NCBI GenBank assembly: GCA_963716745.1
Contig: OY970320.1
Coordinates: forward strand, 1,696,001-1,760,000
DNA length: 64,000 bases
From: an uncultured Gemmatimonadaceae bacterium
Lineage (GTDB): Bacteria; Gemmatimonadota; Gemmatimonadetes; Gemmatimonadales; Gemmatimonadaceae
Direction of reading: 5' to 3'
Made by a program: the position numbers and the translations under genes. The notes under the pieces were generated by a model. That model saw nothing but the letters and a program-made list of their open reading frames with translations, did no database searches and was not told the DNA's origin. Numbering within the stretch: position 1 is the first letter of the stretch; each line of letters opens with the position of its first letter. Below are positions 17,953 through 30,457 of the stretch, piece by piece.

Positions 17953-20091
17953 TTGAGCGCACGCGCCACGATCTATCCCGGTTTCTCCACCGGCGAGCGG
18001 CCCGTGATCCGCCGCCGCGCGAGCTGGCTCACCGACGAGACGGTGCGCTACTCGGTGATCGTCGTCGGCATCCTTGCGACGGTCGTCGGGCTCAGCACGC
18101 ACCAGTACGTCACGCCCTTCCCCTGGGCCGGCGCGCTGCTGCTGCTCGTCCTCTCGGCGGCGTCGCGCGTGTTCGGCATTCCGCTCCCCGGGAAGGGCTA
18201 CGCCTCCTTCGCCGTGGGCACCGGCATCGCGAGCATCATCGCGCTCGGCTGGTCCGCGGGCGCGGTGTTCGGCGGTGCCGGGATCTTCATCGGCGATCTG
18301 CTCGGCCGCCGGCTCCCATGGCGCAATGCGATCGGCAACACCGGCCACTTCATGACGGCCTTCGCCGTGAGCGGCTGGTTCTACTACAGTGTGCTCAACG
18401 GCGGCATGGCGAGCCTCGCATTCTCGCCCGGCAACACGTGGCGGCTCGGCATTCTCATTCTGCTCTTCATCGTCACGGCGAACGGCACGTTCTATCTGCA
18501 GCTGAAGTTGTCGCCGGCGATCGCCTGGGTGGATGCGCGGCTCACCGCGCGCTGGGAGATCACGGTGGCGGTGCTCGCCACGCTGCTCGCACTGGCCGGC
18601 CTCAAGATCGCGTACCAGCCATGGTCCACGCGCGGCACGCCCGCCGAGGGCGCCGTGCTGCTGCTGCTCGCGCTGCTCACGCATTGGCTCGCACGCCAAG
18701 GGGCGACGGGAGAGAGCATGCAACTCGTGCAGCGCATGACGAGCGTGCTCAGCGCGCGCCCCGAGCTGCATAGCTCGCTCGCCGACGTCGAACGCCTCAC
18801 GAAGACGCTCGTCCCCTGGGATGACATGGGGATCGCCGCGTACAACGCGAGCCGCCACGAGTTCGTGATCCTCGCCGACACGTCGAGCTCCGTGCCGCCG
18901 GGCACGCGCATCCCGGCCACCGACGGCATGGCCGGCGTCGCGCTGCGCAGCGGTCGCGCGGTGACCGACGCCGATGCGGCGCCGCAGGAGCGCGAGGGCA
19001 AGGGCTCCGAGATCATCCTGCCGCTCATGTACGGCGACCGCATGGTGGGACTCTGGTCGGTGCGCCATTCGCGCCGCGACATGTACCGCGATCATGACGC
19101 GGCACTGCTCGAGTACATCGCGCCACAGCTCGCGCTCTCGCTCGCGCTCGACAAGCTGATCAAGCCGGTGCTCGAAGCGAGTGAGTTCATGATGTCGCAC
19201 GTGGAGTCGATCACCGGTACCACGCAGCAACTGCACGCCTCGGCGCAGGAGAGCGCCGACAGCGCGCGGCGACTGGCCGCCACGGTGCGCGTGCTCGCGG
19301 GCACCCTGGCACGCGGATCGGACGACGCGAGATCGGCGCAGTCGATCGCCGACGGAACCGTGATCGAGGGACGCGGCACGCAGCAGAGCGGCGAGTCGAT
19401 GCTGAGCGACGCGCGCGTCGTGCGCGCGGCGACCGAGCAGGCGATGGCGCAGCTCACCGCGGCCGCGGCGATCGTGCAGCAGGGCGCGGACCAGGTGTCG
19501 CGCCTCCAGGACATCTCGAGCGCGGTGCAGCGCTTCGGCCAGACGATCACGTCGCTTGCCGACCAGACGGGGTTGCTCGCGCTGAACGCCGCGGTGGAAG
19601 CCGCACGCGCCGGCGCGCACGGTCGCGGCTTCGCGGTGGTGGCGCAGGAGATCCGCGCGCTCGCCGACCGCAGCGCGAGCGAGGCTGAGGGAATGGACCG
19701 CGCGGTGCGCGACATCCGCTCGACGCTCGAGAAGGCCGTGGCGCTCATGCAGCGCACGCGCGGCGAGGTGCTCTCCGTGGCCGACGCGAGCCGCAACTGG
19801 GTGGACGAGCTCGACCGCATCGTGATGGCGAGCGAAGGCGTCGCGGCCGCCGGCGACCGCATCGTGCGCGCCGCCCGCGACAGCGCGCAGCGCTCCGAAG
19901 AGATGTCGCACGCACTCTCTGCCGCGAAGGAGGACGCGAATCGCGCGGCGCACGAGACCGAATCAGTGGCCGGCGCCAGCTCCCAGCAGGAAGGCGCGAT
20001 CGACGGGCTGAACGACGCGGCGACACGCCTCACGGCGACGGCCCATGAGCTGGCCGCGGCCGTCGCGGCGGTGAGGGCGTCGGGAAACTAA
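17953..20091 (+). CDS. Methyl-accepting chemotaxis protein with multi-TM sensor and GAF domain
   Basis: About 7 hydrophobic segments, a GAF-like region ([14 protein letters not shown]) and the MCP tip [34 protein letters not shown]. The start is uncertain (TTG 17953 chosen). Confidence 0.88.
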   Translation: MSARATIYPGFSTGERPVIRRRASWLTDETVRYSVIVVGILATVVGLSTHQYVTPFPWAGALLLLVLSAASRVFGIPLPGKGYASFAVGTGIASIIALGWSAGAVFGGAGIFIGDLLGRRLPWRNAIGNTGHFMTAFAVSGWFYYSVLNGGMASLAFSPGNTWRLGILILLFIVTANGTFYLQLKLSPAIAWVDARLTARWEITVAVLATLLALAGLKIAYQPWSTRGTPAEGAVLLLLALLTHWLARQGATGESMQLVQRMTSVLSARPELHSSLADVERLTKTLVPWDDMGIAAYNASRHEFVILADTSSSVPPGTRIPATDGMAGVALRSGRAVTDADAAPQEREGKGSEIILPLMYGDRMVGLWSVRHSRRDMYRDHDAALLEYIAPQLALSLALDKLIKPVLEASEFMMSHVESITGTTQQLHASAQESADSARRLAATVRVLAGTLARGSDDARSAQSIADGTVIEGRGTQQSGESMLSDARVVRAATEQAMAQLTAAAAIVQQGADQVSRLQDISSAVQRFGQTITSLADQTGLLALNAAVEAARAGAHGRGFAVVAQEIRALADRSASEAEGMDRAVRDIRSTLEKAVALMQRTRGEVLSVADASRNWVDELDRIVMASEGVAAAGDRIVRAARDSAQRSEEMSHALSAAKEDANRAAHETESVAGASSQQEGAIDGLNDAATRLTATAHELAAAVAAVRASGN

Positions 20092-20204
20092 CTGCGCGGG
20101 AAGCGGGAAGCGGGAAGCGCCGCGGGAAGCGTGAACAGACGAGGGCTCCTCGTCAGTTCTCGCTCAACGCGGCGCTTCCCGCTTCCCGCTTCCCGCGTAG
20201 TTAG
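20088..20204. repeat. 117-bp palindrome with GCGGGAA heptamer arms (family C)
   Basis: 20088-20124 vs 20168-20204 shows 1 mismatch in 37, and the interior also pairs. It includes the TAA stops of both convergent genes. Confidence 0.9.
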
Positions 20205-23200
20205 GGATTCACCGTCAGCGTATTCGTATACGTTTTGAACCGCCCGCCCTTCACGATCGCCTGTCCCGTGCCCGCCGACACGCCCTTCACGTAGAAGTTG
20301 GACGTGTAGTAGACGCCCGCCGGGATCGTGATGCTCGTGGTCGCCGCGCCGGCCGAGTCGAACACGATGTTGGCGTTCGGTGCGAGGGTGAATGTCACCG
20401 CCACGGCGAGATTCCGCGCATTGCCCGACGGATCGAGCGATAGCAGTTGCACGGTCACCGAGTCGCCGGCCTTCACGCTCGCGGGCCAGCCGCTGATCAG
20501 GATCGTGCCGCTGTCCACGACGATGGTCGCCGACGCGCCGTTGTATCCCGTGGCGCTCGTGCTCAACACGTCGGTGCCGGGACTCGCGCCGGTCACCTTG
20601 AAGTTGGCGCTCGTCTGCCCGGCCGGGATCGAGACACTCGCCGGCGACGTCGCGGCGCCCGATGTGTTCGAGAGGGTGACGATGAGCGGCGGGCTCAGCG
20701 GCGGATTCGGGATCTGACGCGAACCCGTCGATGGTCTCGTCGAGGCCCAGACTGTTCGACGGGCTCAGGCCCGTGCCGACGGTCGGGATGGCGACGGTAA
20801 TCGTTCCCGTGTTCGCGGGCTGGTACTTGTAATACTTCACGCGCGCATCGCTCGCGGTGAGCACGGTGGTCCCCGCGCTCTTGTAGATCATCTTGGACGT
20901 GTTGTGGTAGTAATTGTCCTTCACGATCGTGACGGTCGCCGAGTCGGGCGCGGCTACGGCCGGGTTCGATGACGTGAGGGTCACCACCACGTTCTCGGTG
21001 GTGTAGCGCAGGTTCCCCGCCTGGTCCTCCGCGTACACGGTGGTGTTGGACGGCGGCGATGTGGTGTAGACGCTCGTCGGCGCGGAGATCTGGAACTGCG
21101 GCTGACCCACCTGCACGAAGCTCACGACCGGCGCGTAGCCTGTCGCACTCAATTTGATCTGGATGGTGCCGGTCGTGTCGAGCGCGGTGATGTCGAAGTA
21201 TCCGATGTTGCTGCCCACCGGGATCGTCGTGGTCGCAGGCACGGTCGCCACGGTCGGATCGGTGCTCACCAGATTCACGGTGACCGGCGAGCCCGTCACG
21301 GTGTTGTCCACGTACACGTACATGCCGTTCGTGCCGAGGTGCTGTCGCATTCCGAGCGTGACCGGACTGCCGAGCGTACCACCGGCGGAGATCCGCAGCA
21401 CCGGACCGGCCACGGTGATCGGCGCGGTGGAGTCGGCGTGGTACAAGTTCGCGCTGTCCTTATAGACGATGTACGCCGTGCCCGGCCCGACGAACCGCAC
21501 GTTCTCGTTCGTCGACTGATAGTTGCCCTTGAAGATGTGGATCTTCGCCGAGTCCACCTTGAGCACAGTCGTATCGGACGACGTCACTCGCACGGCCACG
21601 CTATCCAGCGTGTAGTGCGCATTACCGATCGTGTCCTCGGCGTACACGTACGTCGTGACCGGCGGCGATGTGGTGTTGTACGAGGTCCCGATGCCACCTT
21701 GCCTGAGGATGGGCGACGTGACAGTGACGGTGCCGATCACAGCGTTGTAGAACGGTGCGCTCAACGTCAGCGTCGCTTTGCCGAGGCCGAGTCCGGAGTA
21801 GTCGAAGATCGCGATGTTGTTGTTCTTCGGGACCTTGAGCGAATCGATCACGCCGAGCACCCTGGGCGCCGAGTTCGCGATGTGCAGGATCACGCTGTCG
21901 GGGCGCGCGTTCGGCGTGTAGCCGTACGCCGACGGACCGATGCGCTGCCGCAGTCCCACCGTCGCGGTGTAGAGGTACAGCCCGAGCGTCGGCGTGAACA
22001 CCGTGACCGTCTGCGTATCGGGGCGATAACCCGGCGCCGATGCGATCACGAGTCCGCTGCCGACTCCCTTGATCTGCACATGGGCCGTCTGGTTGAAGTA
22101 GGCGCCCGCCGCCACCGTGACCGACGACGAATCCGTGACCGCCACCGCGGGCGCGGTGGGCGAGAAGGAGACCTTCACGGGTGAGATCACGTTGTGCGTC
22201 GTGCCGATCGAATCCGCGGTGTACTGCGTGACCGCGATGTCGGGATAGAAGTTCGGCACGTTCACCGCGCAGCAGTACACGAGGCGCGGCGTGGTGACGA
22301 GTACCGAGTCACTGTCCGGCGCGTAGCCGGCCGCCGCGACGAAGAATTTCACTCTTCCCTTCGCATGGCCGTGCACGTCGAAGTACGCGAGAGTCTGCCC
22401 CGTGGGGATCGTGATGAGCGGCGTCACGAACGCGATCGTGGTGTCCTGGCTCGTGAGGTTGACCGTCACGGCCGAGCCCACGGCGTTCGGGATCTGCACG
22501 TAGCTGAAGTTCACCGCCTCCTGGTCGCTCCCGATAATGCGGCCGTTGGTGAAGATGATGTTGAGCGACGGCGCGATGACAGTGATCTTGATCGAGTCGC
22601 TGATGTGCCCGCCCGCGAGGAATTTCACCCACGCGTTACCGCCGAAGCCGGCGGGTTTGTAGCGCGCGCTCACGTTCGTCGCACCCGCGCCCATCGTGAC
22701 GAGCGTGTCGACGATCTTCACGATCGTGGTGTCGGTGGACACGACCTGAATGAACAGCGGGTTGATGCGGAAATGCACGGAACCGGCGGAGTCGCCGATG
22801 GAGACGCTTGAATTCTGCGCGGCGCTCGTGGTGTTGATCGTGTTCGCGCAGCACGCGAAGAGCCGCGGCGTGCTCACCGTGACCACGCGCACGGCCGACG
22901 TCCATCCCGGCGCGCTGGCCGTCTGCGTGATCTGGCCCACGCGCGGCGCACTCTCGGTGAAATACATGAAGTTGCTGTTCGCGGCGATCACCACGTTCGG
23001 CGGCGAGGTCGCGATCGTGCTGTCGGTGCTCACGAGACCCACCGTGAGCGGGTGGAACATCGTGCGCGGCGTGTACACGTAGTAGCGGTTGTCGAACTGG
23101 CCGGCGCCGATGAGGAACGTCGGGCCGGTGGCGTACGCGAGTACCGGCGCGCCGACGTTCACGCTCGATGCCGTGCCCGAGACGCCGGCCGCGGTGGGCG

Positions 23201-25973
23201 TGATGGTGGTCGTGCCCGCGGCGAGCGCGTTCAGGTTGATGTTCGCGGCCAGCTGCCCGGCCGGGATGAACGCCGGATCGGGTGAGATCGAAGCGACGCC
23301 CGCGGTGCCGTACTGCATCGCGAGATAGATGCCGCCCGCCGGCGCCGGGTCGGTGAGCAGCACCTGCGTCGCCTGGAAGTCGGTGGCGTTGAGACTGTAG
23401 TTCGCCGCGGTGAACTTCGCGTTCGCCTGCACGAGCAGCACTGCGCTGTCCTTCGCGAACTGACCGCTCGAGTCCATCGCGTACACCTCCGTCACGCCCG
23501 CGTTGCGGCCGTTCAAGTTCGCGTTCTGTGTCGTCACGCCGGCGGCGAAGGTCACCTTCGTCGGCGAGAAGAACGCGAACGTGTCTCTCACGCTCACGGT
23601 GATGTCCACCGAGGTCGCACTCGGTTTGCTCAGATAGAGCGGCAATGAGTTGTTGCTCGAGCCGCGGCCGATCGCGAGCGTGTCGTGGCCCCACGAGACG
23701 CGCGGCGGCACCGAGTTGTCGATCAGCACGAGCACCGCGTTCGAATTGATCGTGCCCGAGGTGGCGGTGATGTGCGCGCTCGCCGGCGGCTTCGAGAGCG
23801 CCGTCACGATGCCCGTCGCTGCGCCGACGCTCACGTTCGTGGGCGCATCGGAGCTCCACGTGAACGATCCGCCCGGAATGAAGAAGCCGTTCGCATCCTT
23901 GCCGCGCGCGATCAGTTGCGCCTGGCCGCCCTGGCCGATGGTGGTGGGGTCGGGTCCCGCGACGATGGTCACGAGTTTCTGCGCCACGGTGAGCGCCGCC
24001 GAACCGTTCACCGCTTGCGCGCTGGCGACGATCGCGGTGGTGCCGTTCCCCGCGGCGGTGGCCGTCTGCGTGGCGCCGATGCTCCCGGGCACCGTCGCGA
24101 CGCCGGGATTGGAGCTGGCCCACGTGAAGTTGATCCCCGGCATTACGGCGTCCAGCGTATCGTGCGCGACCGCGGTGAACACCTGCGTCTTCGCGATCGC
24201 ATCGAGCGTCACCGGAGTCGGCGTGACGGCAATGCGTGTGATCGCGCTGATCACGGTGAGCGTCGCCTTCCCCACCACGATGCCGGACGTCGCCTTCACG
24301 GTGTCGATGCCGATCGCGAGCATCGTGGGCACGAGGCCGGTCGCGTCGGGCACCGCAATGCTCGGATCGCTGCTGCTCCACGTGAACGTCGTTCCGGCCA
24401 CGGCGCTGCCGCGCGCGTCAGCCGCGCTTGCCGTGAACTGTTGCTTCGTGCCGAGGTAGCGCTGCACCGGCGTGGGCGTCACCGAGATCGACGCCACCTT
24501 CTGGATCACGAACACGTGCGCCGAGTCCTTCGTGCCGCCGGTCTCGACCGCCACGACGTACGTGGAGCCGTTCTTCACCGCCACCACGATGCCGGTGCTC
24601 GTCACCGTGACCACCGTGGGATCGCGTGACGTCCACGTGTACGAGCCCGTGGTTTGCGTTGCGCCGGTGTAGCTCTTCGCGGTGAGCGTGAGCGAGTCGT
24701 TGATCGAGAAGAGCGTATCGGGTGTCGGTGTCACCACCGTCGAAGTGATGCCCGTCGAGACGACGGTGATCACCGACGTATCCGCGACGCCACCCGCGGT
24801 GGCCGTGATGCTCGCGTTGCCGCCGGCGACGCCCGCCACGAGACCGGTGGCACTCACGGTGGCGAGCGTCGGATTCAGCGTGGCCCACACCACCGGGAAA
24901 TCCGGGTCCGGCTGGTTCTGCGAATCGGTCACCGCGGCGGTGAGTTGCAGCGTCGCGTTCTGATTCACCGAACCGGGCTTGGGCGTGATCGCGACTCTCG
25001 CCACCGGCTTCGGCAGCACGCCGATCCCGCTCGTGTCCGCCTTCCCCTCCGACGTCGCGATCACGCGCCCTGACTGCCGCGCGACGAGTCCCTTCACGAG
25101 GCCGGTCGTGTCCACGGAAATGTTCGCGTTCGTCGTGGTCCAGACGATCTTGCGGCCGGTGAGCACGTTGCCCGCGGAGTCCTTCGTGACCGCCACCATC
25201 TGCACGGTGCCATCGCGTGCGATGTCGGTCGTGTCGGGCGTGAGCACGAGCGACGCGACGGGCGGCACGACGGACACGGTCGTCGAGTCGCAGACTCCGA
25301 GCCACGTGCTCGCGACCACGTAGGTCGTGCCCATCTTCGTGTAGAGATACACCGAGCCCGCGGCCGTGACGCTCGCGATGGTTGGATCGCGCGTGATGTA
25401 GCCGAGGCGGATCTTCCCGGTGAACGCGCCGCCACCGCTCACGGTGCCGGTGGCACGCAGCGGGAAGATGCCGTTCGCGCGGCCCAGCGTGTCGCGCGGA
25501 TGGAGCGTGAGCGTCTGCAGCGCCGAGTCCGGCGCAGAATACCAGAGGTGGAGATACCCAACGCGCGTCTTGTCGCCCGACTTGGCGGTCGCGGTGTCGC
25601 GCGCGCGGAATACGGTGTCGCCGGTGGAGTCGATCGCCTGCGCATCGATGTCCACGAGCGCGGTGGATCCGGCGAGCGGCACATCCACGGAGAGGGTCGC
25701 GCTGTCACCCGTGAAGTTCGCGATGCCGACGATCGAATCGGAGTGCCCGTGCACACGCAGCAACACGCGCGCCCTCGCGAGTCCGATCACCGGCGCGGGT
25801 CCGCACGCGGCGCCGCCGCGCGCCACCTTGTGCAAGCTGAAGCTCGCACGCGCGGTGCCGCCCTGCCCCGAAGGCCGGTCGTTCAGACACGCGATGGCGA
25901 CGAGCGGCAGGCTCACGCCGATCACAAGGCGGGCCAGCCACCGGCCGCGGTGCGGCGGGTGAGCCTGCAGCAT
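20201..25973 (-). CDS. Very large (~1920 aa) Thr/Val-rich surface lipoprotein with tandem bacterial Ig-like (Big_2-type) repeats
   Basis: Lipobox-like VAIAC and repeats of V..V.VTP...W.S.DP..A.V...G.V. A probable +1 error near 20717 joins the main ORF to the frame ending at 20201. Confidence 0.85.
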
Positions 25974-26127
25974 CGATTACAAGTTCCTTACTTAAATAGA
26001 GCGACTCGCGAATCTCCCACCCCCCGGCCGCCGCGTCAAGCGCCACAAAATGTGCCTGGTGGCTCCCACTCCATCCGGGGCTTATCTTTCAACGCGCTAA
26101 GCCCTTACGATCTCCGGAGAGACCCGC

Positions 26128-28258
26128 ATGGCCACACAGACCCGCGGCGAGCGCGCCGCGCGCAGCGAAGACCCCAAGGACACCGCGTCGCTCTCGCGCG
26201 ACCAGTTGCTCGCCGCCTATCGCACGATCTACATGTCGCGCCGGCTCGACGACAAGGAGATCCAGCTCAAGCGGCAGAACCGGATCTTCTTCCAGATCTC
26301 CGGCGCCGGCCACGAGGCGGTGCTCACGGCGGCCGCGATGGCCCTGCGCTCCGGCTACGACTGGTTCTATCCCTACTACCGCGACCGCGCTCTCTGCCTG
26401 CAGCTCGGCGTCACGCCCGCCGAGATGCTGTACGAAGCGGTCGGCGCCGCCATCGATCCCTCCTCCGGCGGCCGGCAAATGCCGAGCCATTGGGGACACA
26501 AGGCGTACAACATCGTCTCCACGTCGTCGCCCACAGGCACGCAGTTCCTGCAGGCCGTGGGGAGCGCCGAGGCGTCGCTGCGCACGGCGAAACTCGGCGC
26601 CGAAGAAGGGTTCCACGGCGATGAGGTGGTGTACGTATCCACGGGCGACGGCACCACGAGCGAGGGCGAGTTCTGGGAGTCGATGAACTCGGCGTGCAAT
26701 CTCAAGGCGCCGGTGGTCTATCTCGTGGAGGACAACGGCTACGCGATCAGTGTGCCGGTGGAAGTGAACACCGCGGGCGGCAGCATTTCGAAGCTGCTCA
26801 CCGGATTCCCGGGGTTGTACATCCAGAACGTGGACGGCTGCGATTTCGCGGCGAGCTTCGACGCGATGGCGAAGGCCGTGGCGTACGCGCGGGAGCGGAA
26901 GGGACCGGCGCTCGTGCACGCGAAGGTGATCCGCCCGTATTCGCACTCGCTGAGCGACGACGAAGTGATGTACCGGCCGGCCGAAGAGCGCGAAGCCGAC
27001 GCCGCGCGCGATCCGGTCACGAATTATCCGAAATGGCTGATCGCGCACGGGCACGCGAAGGAAGCGGAGCTCGCGGCGATCCGCGACGAGGTGGATGCGG
27101 CCATCCTCGCGGCCACCGACGACGCGCTCGCGCAGTCGCAGCCGGCGGCCGAGCACCGTGCACCAGTTCGTGTACTCGCCGAGCGTGGATGTGACGGGCG
27201 AGCAGTTCGACACCGAGGGCGATCCGCAGTTCGCGGGCGAGCCGACCACCATGGTGGACCTGCTCAACGCGTGCATGAAGGACGAGATGCGCCGCGACGA
27301 GAAGATGCTGATCTTCGGCGAGGATGTGGCCGACGTGTCGCGCGAGGAGAATCTCGGCAAGGTGAAGGGCAAGGGCGGCGTGTTCAAAGTGACGTGGGGC
27401 CTTCAGAAGGAATTCGGGTCGCAGCGCGTGTACAATTCGCCGCTCGCGGAAGCGAACATCGTGGGGCGCGCGATCGGGCTGGCGCTGCGCGGCTACAAGC
27501 CGGTGGTCGAGATCCAGTTCTTCGACTACATCTGGCCGGCGTACATGCAGCTGCGCGACGAGCTGGCCACCATGCGGTGGCGCTCGAACAATGCGTTCAG
27601 TGCGCCCGTGGTCGTGCGCACGACGTACGGCGGCTACATCCGCGGCGCGATCTATCACTCGCAGACGGGCGCGAGCCTCTTCACGCATTGTCCCGGGCTG
27701 CGCGTGGTGTGCCCGTCGAACGCGCTGGATGCGAACGGATTGCTGCGCACCGCGATCCGCGGCGACGATCCGGTGATCTTCCTCGAGCACAAGCATCTCT
27801 ACCGTCAGACGTACAACAAGGCGCAGTATCCCGGACCGAATTTCATGATCCCCTTCGGCAAGGCGCGCACGGTGCGCGAGGGGACCGATGTGACCGTGGT
27901 GACGTACGGCGCGACCGTGCAGCGCGCGTTCGTTGCGGCGAATCAGGTGGCGGAGCGCGGGATCAGTGTCGAGGTGATCGATCTGCGCACGCTGTCGCCG
28001 TGGGATAGCGAGGCGGTGTATGCGTCGGTGAAGAAGACGAATCGAGTGATCGTGGCATACGAGGATTCGATATCGTGGGGGTATGGGGCGGAGATCGCGG
28101 CGCGGATCGCGGATGAGTGTTTTGCGTGGCTCGATGCGCCGGTGAAGCGGGTTGCGAGTACGGATACGTTCGTTGGGTATGCGCCGCAGCTGGAAGACGC
28201 GATATTGCCGCAGGTTGACGATTTCGTGAGGGCGTACGACGAGATCACCAGCTGGTGA
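26128..28258 (+). CDS. Fused alpha/beta E1 component of a 2-oxoacid (probably branched-chain) dehydrogenase
   Basis: TPP motif GDGTTSEG...[14 protein letters not shown], and beta-domain [11 protein letters not shown] and EHKHLY. It is split by a probable +1 error near 27148. Confidence 0.92.
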
Positions 28259-28264
28259 AAGCTG

Positions 28265-28327
28265 CAGTCGACAGTAAACAGTCACGAGTGACTGCCAGTC
28301 GACAGTCTACGGTCAACAGGTCACAGA
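28265..28327. repeat. Single arm of family A2 heptamer element
   Basis: acagtaaacagtcacgagtgactgccagtc (28271-28300) is identical to 17010-17039 and follows the E1 stop codon. Confidence 0.85.
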
Positions 28328-28348
28328 GAACGGATCATGAGAAAAGGC

Positions 28349-28383
28349 GAGCCCCGCGGTGCCAAGTCGGCATCGCGGGGCTC
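28349..28383. terminator. Bidirectional terminator-like hairpin
   Basis: 15-bp stem gagccccgcggtgcc / ggcatcgcggggctc flanked by A-rich and T-rich tracts between convergent genes. Confidence 0.7.
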
Positions 28384-28422
28384 TCGCTTTCTAACGTCCA
28401 AGTCTAACGTCCCAGTCTGCAG

Positions 28423-30402
28423 TTACGGCTGGATCTCAAAAGTGAACGGCAGCTCCACACACTGTGCGACCTTCCGTCCATTCAACTCCGCCGCCACGAA
28501 TTTCCACTTCGGCATCACATCCTGTACCGCGTCCACGAATCCGGCATTCGTCGCGGCGGTCACTTTCAGGCTTCCGGACTGCATCTTGCCCGTCGAATCG
28601 ACGATCAATTGCACGGTCACGCTGCCGCCCTGGCCGCTGATCGAGCGCGGGTGCTTCGGCGCCGGGCCCGAACCTACCGCCGGTTTCGTGACGGCCCACA
28701 CCGGCAACGCTCGACCGCCGCACGGCGAACTGCGCTCCAAGTCGAACACCACGACGCCGCCCACGATCGTCCGAATCACTTTCGCGTCGCGGATGGTCTC
28801 CGGCGCAACGGTCGTGATGTCGCGGTCGATCATGGCGAAGTCCGCCAGTTTGCCCACTTCGATCGAGCCTTTCTCCCTCTCCTGGAATTCAGCGTACGCG
28901 CCGTTGATAGTGTACGCGCGCAATGCCTCCTCAACGGTGATCTTCTCCTCGGGCACCCAGCCGCCGGGATTCTTGTCGTCGAGCGTGCGGCGCGTGACCG
29001 CCGCGTAGATGCCGTAGAGCGGGATCGCGGGTGCGACGCTCCAGTCGGAGCCGAACGCGACGGTCGCCTTCGCGTCGATGAGCGAGCGGAACGCATACGT
29101 GTACCGGCTGCGGTCCTTGCCGATCACGGTGTCCACCCAGCGCCCGTCATCGATCGCGTGATAGGGCTGCATGCTCGGGATCACGCCGAGTTCGGCGAAG
29201 CGCGGGATATCCTGCGGCGAGAGATGCTGCGCGTGCTCGATGCGGAAGCGGCGGTCGCGCGGGCCGTTCTCCTTCTCCACGCGCGCGAAGATGTCGAGCT
29301 GCGTCCTGATGGCGCGGTCGCCGATCGCGTGCACCATCACCTGCAGCCCCGCGCGGTCGGCGCCGGACGTCCACGCATACAGATCGTCGGCCGGCGTCAC
29401 CCAGCAGGCCGCTGTCGTTCGGCGCATCGTTGAACGGCCGCAGCATGAGCGCGGTGTGCGACCCGATCGAACCGTCGACGAACGCCTTCAACCCGCCGAT
29501 CTGGATCCATTCGTCGCCGTGCCCGCGCTTGTAGACCGTATCGCGGAGCTGCTCCCACGTGCGGAGCGGCGCCACCGCGTAGATGCGGGTGATGAGCTTC
29601 CCCGCCTTTTGCGCGCGCTGGAATACGCCGAGGTCCCACCAGGTGTAGCCCATGTTCACGACCGACGTGACGCCGTGCGACGCGACGTACTGCATCCCGT
29701 TCTGCAGCGCCTTGTCCGCGAGCTCGGGCGGCGGATCGGGGATCACGTCGTCCACGAGACTCTGCGCGTTGTCCTTGAGGATGCCGGTGGGATCGCCGTT
29801 GGGCGCGCGCACGATGCGGCCGCCGGCGGGGTCCTTCGTGTCCTTGGTGACCTTCGCGGCTGCGAGGGCGAGCGAGTTCGCGAGCGACATGTGGCCGTCG
29901 AGCCGCGTCACCCACACCGGATTGTCGGGGGTGACGGAGTCGATCCAGGACTTGTTGGGGAGTTCGCCGCCCCAGAGCGAGTGGTCCCAATCGCCTCCCA
30001 GGATCCATGCGCCCTTGGGCATCTTAGCGGCGTAGGCCTTGAGTCGTGCCGCGAATTCCGCTGGTGTGGCCGCGGTGCGCAGTTGCACGGACGTGAGCCC
30101 GAACGACGAGCCGATGAAGTGCACGTGCGAATCGATGAAGCCGGGGGTCACCAACCCGCCCTTGGCGTCGATGACGCTTGCGTATTGGCGTCGGTGAGCT
30201 TCTGGATGCTGGCGCTCGACCCCACGGCCGCGATGCGGTCGCCGCTCACGGCCACCGCGTCTGCCCACGGCTGCTTGGGATTCCCCGTCCACACCCGCGC
30301 ATTGACGATCGCGAGTGTGACGGCGGCTTGGGGTCGAGGCATGCCGGCGCTAGCGACGAGCGCGACGAACGCAGCGCCCGCGATAAGGATCGATTTTCTC
30401 AT
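28423..30402 (-). CDS. Exported amidohydrolase-3 (YtcJ-like) fused to a C-terminal TonB-C-like domain
   Basis: Signal peptide, [28 protein letters not shown] and FGSDW, with a C-tail [10 protein letters not shown]...[11 protein letters not shown]....LPFTF. There are two frame breaks, near 30178 and 29402. Confidence 0.85.
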
Positions 30403-30457
30403 GCGCCAACATAAGCCACCGTCATAACGGCCGGAATGCCCGCACGATCCGCATTCT

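Noticed and set aside
17833..19953. 706-aa minus-strand ORF
   Set aside because: Antisense shadow of the chemoreceptor with no motifs.
26128..28258. Separate E1 alpha and beta genes, programmed frameshift, or pseudogene
   Set aside because: Removing one G near 27148 gives a continuous fused E1. There is no slippery site, and the same error type recurs across the window.
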